IMG/VR virus record: IMGVR_UViG_3300032240_001991
Coordinates: 248,001 to 312,000 of that record
Direction: 5' to 3' (one strand)
Length of the DNA: 64,000 bases
Under the pieces are notes generated by a model. That model saw nothing but the letters and a program-made list of their open reading frames with translations, was not told the origin of the DNA and did no database searches. A program made the translations under genes and the position numbers. This document shows positions 57,020 through 64,000 of the stretch, in pieces (the first letter of the stretch is position 1; the number at the start of each line of letters is the position of its first letter).

Positions 57020-57706
57020 ATGGGACGTCCAATTAAGAAGAAATATTTTGGATTTGGAAATCCAGACGGTGTAGGTGGAGAAGCGTTTGCATCTCTCGTT
57101 GTAACTAACACCGCAACAAACGCAGGATACAGTACAACTACAGCAGTTACATGGGTTGCATCAAGCCCGCAGTTAGTAGGAGGCACTCCTGCTGCTGGTA
57201 CCGCTGCTGTTTCTTTTGTTACTGGTCAAGGCCGTATACAATCCTTAGGCATCACTACTGCGGGTACAGGTTATACCAGCACCGCTAGTGTAACACTAAC
57301 TTTTACACCTGCTCGAGTAGGCGGCACTGCTGCAACATTTGTACTAAACTTATCATCTGCTGTAACAAATACTATAGCTGCAAATGCATGGGTTCCAGTA
57401 TCAGGAACTCAGTCATTAATAGCAGAGATTTTAAAGCAGAAAGCTTCACATCGTTATCGTGTAGCAACTTCAGAAGGTACTGGAGTTTGCCAACTAGTTG
57501 CTAGAGCGCCGGCAGCTGGCGGCGAAATGACGATTATTGCAACTGATAGTGCAAGTAATCAATACTATGTTACTAAATTAACTGCACGCAAGGCTGTAGT
57601 TTATCAGAAGTCAGGTTCAGGATATCAGTTTACAAACGGTACTGAAGTAGGCTGGAACTTAACCGCAGCACAAGCTAACGTCTCAGTTCTAGTAGCATCT
57701 AACTAA
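57020..57706 (+). CDS. virion structural protein
   Basis: MGRPIKKKYFG N-terminus, Thr/Ala-rich, ILKQKA..RY.V motif; late promoter. Confidence 0.7.
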   Translation: MGRPIKKKYFGFGNPDGVGGEAFASLVVTNTATNAGYSTTTAVTWVASSPQLVGGTPAAGTAAVSFVTGQGRIQSLGITTAGTGYTSTASVTLTFTPARVGGTAATFVLNLSSAVTNTIAANAWVPVSGTQSLIAEILKQKASHRYRVATSEGTGVCQLVARAPAAGGEMTIIATDSASNQYYVTKLTARKAVVYQKSGSGYQFTNGTEVGWNLTAAQANVSVLVASN

Positions 57707-57725
57707 GATTAATATCTTAGAAAAG

Positions 57726-57751
57726 ATAGCCGCTTTGGCGGCTATTTTTTT
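57726..57751 (+). terminator. intrinsic terminator
   Basis: ATAGCCGC-TTTG-GCGGCTAT followed by a T run; preceded by a second hairpin at 57703-57720. Confidence 0.88.
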
Positions 57752-57766
57752 GGTTAAATAATCTAT

Positions 57767-58282
57767 ATGGCTACTGACTGGTTTTATTGTAACAACGTAA
57801 CTCAAACCTATGAGGTTATTGAACATATACCTTGGGTTGATACTGATGATTATTTTCCTATAAAACATGCTAACGGAATGTTTTTAAGTTTATCTGCACC
57901 TTTACTGCATATAGCTAATTCTGTAGTTAATGACGTAAAAATGAAAACATATTTTTTAAATCTTTCAGATTTTCAAATTAAAGGACTCCCTGATATTATC
58001 TCAGGAGTTGAAGTTGAGATTAATATGAACAGGGGCGGACGAATTACAGACGAAACAATACAGCTTATGTACAATGGAGCGTTTATTGGCGAAAATCGAG
58101 CTAACTTTGATTTATCTCCTGATAAACTTTATGGCAGTAACACTGACCTTTGGGGCACAGTGTTAACTTCTGCAATTTTATCAAGTAGCACCTTTGGAAT
58201 AGGGGTCAGATTTCAAAGCCATCCAAGCTGGCCTCATAGTGAATATCCTAGAATTGATTACATCAGGATAAGAGTTCACTAA
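57767..58282 (+). CDS. hypothetical protein, beta-rich, probably virion
   Basis: I.GVEV.I, YG...DLWG, FGIG+RF, IDYIRIRV; TAAATA lies 6 nt before the ATG. Confidence 0.7.
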   Translation: MATDWFYCNNVTQTYEVIEHIPWVDTDDYFPIKHANGMFLSLSAPLLHIANSVVNDVKMKTYFLNLSDFQIKGLPDIISGVEVEINMNRGGRITDETIQLMYNGAFIGENRANFDLSPDKLYGSNTDLWGTVLTSAILSSSTFGIGVRFQSHPSWPHSEYPRIDYIRIRVH

Positions 58283-58310
58283 TAAAATAAATACAAGAAA
58301 GGAAACTTCG

Positions 58311-59318
58311 ATGGCCACAGATGTCTTAAAAGTACCGGGAGATTATAAAGTTATCGCTAAAAATGGCGATATTATCTTTGATCTTTACGGAACAACTACC
58401 GGTACTGTAAGAATCTACGGTAACTTAGATATATTTGGCACATCTACGTATGTGGTTAGTACAAACACTTTTATTACAGATAAAATAATTGTACTTAACT
58501 ATCAAGAAAATTCTAATCCACCTGAGCCTACAGGTAACGTTGGCGGTATATTAATTGACTCGTTCTCTGGTAATCCAAATGAATATGCGTCAATATTGTT
58601 TAACTATGATTCGGCGTGGAGTAACGGTCTAATATCAAGAGACGGTGTATTTGAATTTAAAGTAGGTAACACCGGTTCGTCAATTTTAACAAATGCTATC
58701 AGAATTGATCCAGGAACTGCTTTAGTTAATAGTGCTAACACTACTACACTGAATTTCCTTGGTGCAGAAAATCCAAACTCTGTGTTAAGCGTAAGCGGAA
58801 CATACAATTACGAAATTAATGTTATTGACGATGACGATATTCCTAATAAGAAATATGTAGACGATCGCATTTATACCGGAACAGTATTTGCTCAAAAATT
58901 GCAGGTTGGAAATTCATTTATTGAAATAAATGATAATAGTGTAGTAGGACCTTTTTACAATTCTACAGACAGAATTATTGCAGCACTTAGTAATCAAGAA
59001 GTGTTTAGATTAGAAGGATCAACTGCTAGAATTCAAGGATTGATGATAAACAACACTACAGTAGAAATAAACACTTTTACTACAACTGCTACAAGCATTG
59101 CACTACAACCTCTTCCAGGCGGAAAGATTGTAATGAATGGTGCACTAACTTTAGTTAATCAATCAACTTCAACTTTTGCTGCTGTGTCTAATCAAACGAC
59201 TCTTTATTATTCAGAACCCATAGGTGGCGGAGGCACTGGCCTACATTTTGTAAATAGCAGTGTATCGGACGAATTAGTTAGCCGTAGAAAAGCAATCATT
59301 TACGGTATTATATTTTAA
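58311..59318 (+). CDS. virion structural protein (fibre-like)
   Basis: V.I.GNL.+.G, I.DK.I.LN, DDIPNKKYVD, GTGL.FVN....DELVS..KA. Confidence 0.7.
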   Translation: MATDVLKVPGDYKVIAKNGDIIFDLYGTTTGTVRIYGNLDIFGTSTYVVSTNTFITDKIIVLNYQENSNPPEPTGNVGGILIDSFSGNPNEYASILFNYDSAWSNGLISRDGVFEFKVGNTGSSILTNAIRIDPGTALVNSANTTTLNFLGAENPNSVLSVSGTYNYEINVIDDDDIPNKKYVDDRIYTGTVFAQKLQVGNSFIEINDNSVVGPFYNSTDRIIAALSNQEVFRLEGSTARIQGLMINNTTVEINTFTTTATSIALQPLPGGKIVMNGALTLVNQSTSTFAAVSNQTTLYYSEPIGGGGTGLHFVNSSVSDELVSRRKAIIYGIIF

Positions 59319-59329
59319 GGTTTAAAAAA

Positions 59330-59647
59330 ATGGCACTATCAAACAAATATGTAAAAGCTGGAACAATTACACCAATATTCACTGCAACTGGCGAAGTAGC
59401 AGTGACTAATATGTTTTTCTGTAATAATTCAGCAACCGTTGACACAGAATTAGACATTTATTTTACACCAATTGCAAAGTCTGCAGGCACTGCAACTATA
59501 GTTATTAAATCGTTATCATTGCCTGCAACAGAAACGTTTGTATTTGATGCAGAAAAGTTAATTTTAGCTAACGGAGACGAAATTGGTGCAAAGGCAACTG
59601 TAGATAGTATTGTTGTTGCAACTGTGAGCTCGGTACAAACAGGATGA
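59330..59647 (+). CDS. small virion structural protein
   Basis: 105-aa beta-rich ORF; FCN, ETFVF..EKLIL..GD. Confidence 0.7.
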   Translation: MALSNKYVKAGTITPIFTATGEVAVTNMFFCNNSATVDTELDIYFTPIAKSAGTATIVIKSLSLPATETFVFDAEKLILANGDEIGAKATVDSIVVATVSSVQTG

Positions 59648-60474
59648 AATATATAAAGAAACTTGCTCTTTATACTAAGAGCCCAATGAACGATAGATTA
59701 TCTGTTTTAGACGATAATCGAATTGTTACGACTAGTAAAACTACAATGCAACTTCCTGCTGGAGTTAAGACAGATCGTCCTTCTACAGATTTGTTAACGA
59801 CAGGCACCATTAGGTACAATTATTCTCTTAGAGAGTTTGAAGTTTATAATCCTGAGCCATATAATACAGGTGCAAGTAACACTAAATGGGAAATTATAAG
59901 AACAGTTCGACAAGCAACAATTACTCGTCAAACATTAGGCTACGGTACATATGAAGACACTATTTTTGGACCGTTAGCTTACAACGTTGATGTTAATAAA
60001 CCACAAAATGTTTTTGTATTTGTAGAAAATGTATATCAACTTCCAGTTACTGACTACACGCTGATACAAGATCCTGCAAGTTCAACTTCAACCGTGGCAC
60101 TAACAACTAGTAGTGGTGTTACAACTCTTTATCTTAACACATTAACTAACGTTGATGTTGGCATTGACGGACACTGGAGAACAATCAGTGCGCCAAGTGG
60201 AATACAAGTTGGCACAACCGTTACCAATGTTTCAAATGTGTGGAATAATATTTTTTACGGATATCCTATAGAAATAAGCTTACCAACCACTGGATCAATA
60301 GGACAAGGAACCATAGTGTCTTTTGATTACCAAGCTGGCGTGTATATTCAATTTACACCTGGTGGATTAGGTGCTCCTTTCATGAAACCAGTAACAGCAT
60401 TGCTTGGATTTGATGGTTATTTCCCTGCCGGTCCTTACGGTACATCTTGGGAAGTTGACGGTAATACACCCTAA
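59644..60474 (+). CDS. virion structural protein
   Basis: LP.G....RP, G.IRYN....FEVY, VFVENVYQ.P..DYTL. Confidence 0.7.
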   Translation: MKYIKKLALYTKSPMNDRLSVLDDNRIVTTSKTTMQLPAGVKTDRPSTDLLTTGTIRYNYSLREFEVYNPEPYNTGASNTKWEIIRTVRQATITRQTLGYGTYEDTIFGPLAYNVDVNKPQNVFVFVENVYQLPVTDYTLIQDPASSTSTVALTTSSGVTTLYLNTLTNVDVGIDGHWRTISAPSGIQVGTTVTNVSNVWNNIFYGYPIEISLPTTGSIGQGTIVSFDYQAGVYIQFTPGGLGAPFMKPVTALLGFDGYFPAGPYGTSWEVDGNTP

Positions 60475-60498
60475 CTGATCTCTTTACTCAAACAGTAA

Positions 60499-60597
60499 TA
60501 AATAGTATCGATACTGAAGAAATTCAGTAGGAACATACTGTGGTAAACCCGCAATGTAAGGTGGTTGCCCGTGTAACACGGTGTATGAGGAGTGTCA
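60499..60597 (+). promoter_or_regulatory. late promoter plus candidate structured 5' leader RNA
   Basis: TAAATA 60499-60504; GAAA-tetraloop hairpin 60512-60529; three-way junction closed by CAUAC/GUAUG abutting SD GAGGAG. Confidence 0.55.
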
Positions 60598-63500
60598 ATG
60601 GCCATCGGTCGAATCTCAGGTCCGCTATTAGCTAAAAATCTTTTAAGAGATGGCATAGACCTTGCATTTGAAACAGATTTATTATACTTAGATGTAGCCA
60701 ATGGGCGCATCGGTGTAAGAAAAAATAATCCTTCGTACGAACTTGATGTTAACGGTACTATCAATGCTAAAAATTTAAGAGTAGTATATACCGGACCAGG
60801 CAGCGGGAAAGCAACGCTTGGCAAGTTAGAAATTACATCAGGCACTATTACTACTACAGTTGGCCCAATAAACATTCAACCAAGTGGTAATGAAACGATC
60901 AATCTTGTTGGCGACACAACTGTTACCGGAAATCTTCACGCTACTGGAAATATAACAGCTGATGGTAATATTACTTTAGGAAATAATACCGCAACTGACG
61001 TTGTTATATTTGAATCTGAAATTGGATCCTCTTTAATACCGGCAGCAGATCAACAATATTCGTTAGGTAGTCAAGAACGTGCATGGCTTGATGCCTATGT
61101 GTCAACATTAGTTGCAAATCAACTTTCAAGCACCAGCACATTAAACATTAACTCTGGTGCCAATCTTGTACAGATTAATTCAGACCTTAAGGTAAATGGA
61201 CAAAATCCCTTAGGCACCGCTCCAGTTATCACTAATGTCTTGTTTGTTACAATGGACGGTAATGACACTAATGATGGACGAGCAGCTGACGCAAGTCGTG
61301 CCTGTAAAACAATTTCAGGAGCAATACGTAGTCCTTATTATCGACCAGGTACTTTAATTAAAGTATATAGCGGACATTATTTAGAGAATAATCCGTTATT
61401 ATTACAACCAAATACAGCAGTTGTAGGAGACGATCTAAGAACAACATCTATTGAACCAATTAATAAGACACAGGACTTATTCCATGTTCAAAGCGGTTGC
61501 TATATTGCGCAAGTGCAATTTTATAATGGACGCAGCGGATTATTACCCGGACCATATGTTAACGGTACTAATAGAGGTGCATATTGCACAGCATTTCCTC
61601 CACAAGTAGGAGGAAATAAGATTGACGTTTATCAATCACCTTACATACAGAACTGTACTAATCAAAGCGGTCCGTGGTTAGTTGACGGAACAATGTTTGT
61701 ACCTAACCAAACGGTACAAATTCCTCAAGCAGTTGGTACAACAGTATTTGACTCTAACACAACTACCATTGTTGTTACAATAACAACAGGCACAGTTGTT
61801 CCGGGGTTACATGTTATTAGCGGACCCCAAGACGTAGGATTTACTAATGCGAGAACATTATTATTGTCAAATCTTGCATTTATACAAGACCAAACTGTTG
61901 CTTGGGTAAATCATCAGGTAAAAACTAGTAGCACAGTTTACATACCTCAGCTAGCTACCACAACAAATTTTACAAATTTTACATACGATCAAGCTAAATG
62001 TTATCGCGATGTAGGATTAATTTTACAAAATGTAGCCTACGACGCAACTTTTGGCGGAAACGAAAAAGCCGTTGAAGCTGGGTTAGCTTATTGGAACGGC
62101 GTTATTAACTTAATTGAAGGGCAGCAAGGACAAACTACTGCGGCAATTAATTACATCAATACATTAAGTCAAGCAATTATCACAAATACTACTGTAACAA
62201 ATCTATACAGTTCATCAACTGCACAGATTATTAATACAGCGTTAGTGAACGGTGTTATTGCTAGCGAAGAAATTACTAGCGCAATTGGCACTATAATTAC
62301 AATTATCAATGACGGACCTATTGCCGCACCGCCTATCTTTATAAGCTGCGGACCTGAAACGCCGTTAGTTAGCGCAGAACTATTATTACAACAAAATCGT
62401 AAATTCTTGCAAGGCGAAGTTACTGCCTATGTAGATGCAACCTATCCAACATTTGAATACAAGAAAGATTATTGCTATCGTGATGTTGGATTGATTGTTG
62501 ATGCAGTAGCTCAAGACATTATTGTAGGCGGCAACACAAAATCTATTGAAGCAGCATTAAGTTATTATACAGGCGGTAAAGGTGATAGCAGCGTAGCTGA
62601 AACAGCAATAGTCAACAACTTTAATTTAATTAAAAATATTATACAAAATGGTCCATCAGTAGCTCCAGATCCTGTAAGCGGTCCTAATTTAGGGACAGGA
62701 TTTTCTAACGCACAGGATATATTACTTGCTAATATCTTCTTTGTGCAAACAGAAGTTAGCGCATATGTAAGAAGCTTATTTGACAACACATTTAGATTAA
62801 CACAATTACAACAAAATTTATGCTACAGAGACATTGGCACTATACTTACTGCAATTGCTGAAGATACAGCAGCTGGCGGTAATGTTAATACTGTTTACGC
62901 AGGATTACAATATTTTAATGGTTCTGTAAGTGTGCTACCAGGCAATCAAACAGAAAAAACAATTCTCACTTTAAACTATATGCAACAGCTCTGTGTTAAT
63001 ATTATTAAAAATATTCAAAACACAGGGCTGTATCAAGTTTTAATTCCGCAGGTATTTGGAGATTATACCGGTACTGATCAAGCTAACGCAGTTAACGCTA
63101 ATATTGAATTGATCACTGACATTATAACATTGGGACCAACCGTTGTTACATCGTTGTACCCAATCTCTCAATCGATGACAACTGATGTTAGAAACATAAA
63201 TGCATTTAATTTATTAACAGCAAACAAATCTTTTCTTGCTGCAGAATTAACCGGTTGGGTTGACACTACTTTTTCAAAAGGTTTTAATTATAATACAGCA
63301 ACTTGCTATAGAGATACTGGGTTAATTGTTGACAGTTTAGCTTGGGACTTGTTACAACAAGACACTAGTCAATCAATCTTCTCAGGACTTCAATACTATA
63401 ATAAATCAGGATACACTGGTTCAATTAATAAAGAATTGACAACAACTACCGCAGCTATTAACTATGCTAAAGAATTAGCAATGAAGGTAGTTGTCAACAG

Positions 63501-64000
63501 TACAGTAACTAATTTACAAACAGCAACTCTACAGGTATTTAATTTAGTTAATCCTGGATCGCCGGTAACAACTGGTACTGTTGGAACACTGTTCAATACT
63601 GTTACTAACATATTAGTAAATGGCACTGCTGGAGTTACTAATCAAATCATACCTAACAATACAGCATCTGTTGTAACCGGTATTGTTAATGCTTACAATT
63701 TATTACAGGCTAATAAATCCTTTATAGAAGACGAAGTTATTGCTTATGTAGACTTGACTACTGGCGGATTTAGTTATGATCAACCTAAGTGTTATAGAGA
63801 TGTTGGGTTAATTGTTGATAGTTTAGCAGAAGACTTGTTATTCAACGGAAGTAGTCAGAGTAATTTTTCTGGATTACAATATTGGGCACAAGGATCTACA
63901 AGTATCCCAGGAGAACTTAATACAACAACTGCGGCAATTAGTTACGTAAGAGACCTTGCAGTAAAAGTTGTTGTTGGTGATACAAGTGGCACAAGATATC
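60598..64000 (+). CDS. giant virion fibre/structural protein (over 1134 aa, 3' truncated; absent from ORF track) with a beta-helix start and tandem CYRD repeats
   Basis: ATG 60598 after GAGGAG; no stop in this frame in the translated stretches or the ORF track. Sequence includes MAIGRISGPLL..., FVTMDGNDTNDG...KTISGA...GHYLE.NP...VVGDDLR (pectin-lyase-like start), SPYIQNCT, then helical repeats. Confidence 0.85.
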   Translation, partial: MAIGRISGPLLAKNLLRDGIDLAFETDLLYLDVANGRIGVRKNNPSYELDVNGTINAKNLRVVYTGPGSGKATLGKLEITSGTITTTVGPINIQPSGNETINLVGDTTVTGNLHATGNITADGNITLGNNTATDVVIFESEIGSSLIPAADQQYSLGSQERAWLDAYVSTLVANQLSSTSTLNINSGANLVQINSDLKVNGQNPLGTAPVITNVLFVTMDGNDTNDGRAADASRACKTISGAIRSPYYRPGTLIKVYSGHYLENNPLLLQPNTAVVGDDLRTTSIEPINKTQDLFHVQSGCYIAQVQFYNGRSGLLPGPYVNGTNRGAYCTAFPPQVGGNKIDVYQSPYIQNCTNQSGPWLVDGTMFVPNQTVQIPQAVGTTVFDSNTTTIVVTITTGTVVPGLHVISGPQDVGFTNARTLLLSNLAFIQDQTVAWVNHQVKTSSTVYIPQLATTTNFTNFTYDQAKCYRDVGLILQNVAYDATFGGNEKAVEAGLAYWNGVINLIEGQQGQTTAAINYINTLSQAIITNTTVTNLYSSSTAQIINTALVNGVIASEEITSAIGTIITIINDGPIAAPPIFISCGPETPLVSAELLLQQNRKFLQGEVTAYVDATYPTFEYKKDYCYRDVGLIVDAVAQDIIVGGNTKSIEAALSYYTGGKGDSSVAETAIVNNFNLIKNIIQNGPSVAPDPVSGPNLGTGFSNAQDILLANIFFVQTEVSAYVRSLFDNTFRLTQLQQNLCYRDIGTILTAIAEDTAAGGNVNTVYAGLQYFNGSVSVLPGNQTEKTILTLNYMQQLCVNIIKNIQNTGLYQVLIPQVFGDYTGTDQANAVNANIELITDIITLGPTVVTSLYPISQSMTTDVRNINAFNLLTANKSFLAAELTGWVDTTFSKGFNYNTATCYRDTGLIVDSLAWDLLQQDTSQSIFSGLQYYNKSGYTGSINKELTTTTAAINYAKELAMKVVVNSTVTNLQTATLQVFNLVNPGSPVTTGTVGTLFNTVTNILVNGTAGVTNQIIPNNTASVVTGIVNAYNLLQANKSFIEDEVIAYVDLTTGGFSYDQPKCYRDVGLIVDSLAEDLLFNGSSQSNFSGLQYWAQGSTSIPGELNTTTAAISYVRDLAVKVVVGDTSGTRY
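61840..64000 (+). repeat. five helical protein repeats with invariant CYRD
   Basis: Cys codons at 61999, 62473, 62821, 63304 and 63790 (spacing 158, 116, 161, 162 aa). Confidence 0.9.

Noticed and set aside
395-62789. Many short ORFs in the track antisense to or nested in long genes (e.g. 395..604, 14542..14964, 39918..40331, 46248..46613, 46316..46705, 49208..50227, 60471..60875, 62565..62789)
   Set aside because: These are shadow frames of real genes with low-complexity or biased codons; they have no SD, promoter or recognisable motif
1-64000. tRNA/rRNA genes, integrase, transposase
   Set aside because: None were recognised by eye; intergenic gaps are short and lack cloverleaf/T-loop signatures (tRNAscan-SE not run)

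Overview
This 64 kb window comes from a large, AT-rich T4-superfamily myophage, a distant T4 relative with no host DNA visible. It has five blocks. (i) A + strand early/nucleotide block: the end of a QueE-like radical SAM gene, a FkbM methyltransferase, RNase H, a MoxR AAA+/vWA-metallopeptidase pair, DHFR and thymidylate synthase. (ii) A 31 kb - strand baseplate/tail-fibre block: gp48/54-like, gp53, hub, gp5, gp25, gp6, a 4396-aa wedge protein, four paralogous fibres, a chaperone and two small putative adhesins. (iii) Late sigma gp55, gp47/gp46, two Hc1-like basic proteins and a stand-alone GIY-YIG domain, followed by about 430 nt of non-coding, highly base-paired, probably pseudoknotted sequence. 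(iv) A tail-assembly chaperone with a probable -1 frameshift, divergent from the tape measure gene. (v) The head module (gp20, gp21, gp22, gp23) and further virion genes, ending in an open giant ORF missing from the ORF track. The most notable observations are: the large structured RNA next to the GIY-YIG/Hc1 genes; five tandem phycobiliprotein-like CYRD repeats (four complete spacings of 116-162 aa) in the final virion protein; the hidden T_TTT_TTC frameshift product; two structured 5' leaders; and apparently leaderless late mRNAs driven by TAAATA promoters. All family calls come from motif recognition by eye and all RNA helices from manual pairing; no searches or folding programs were run.
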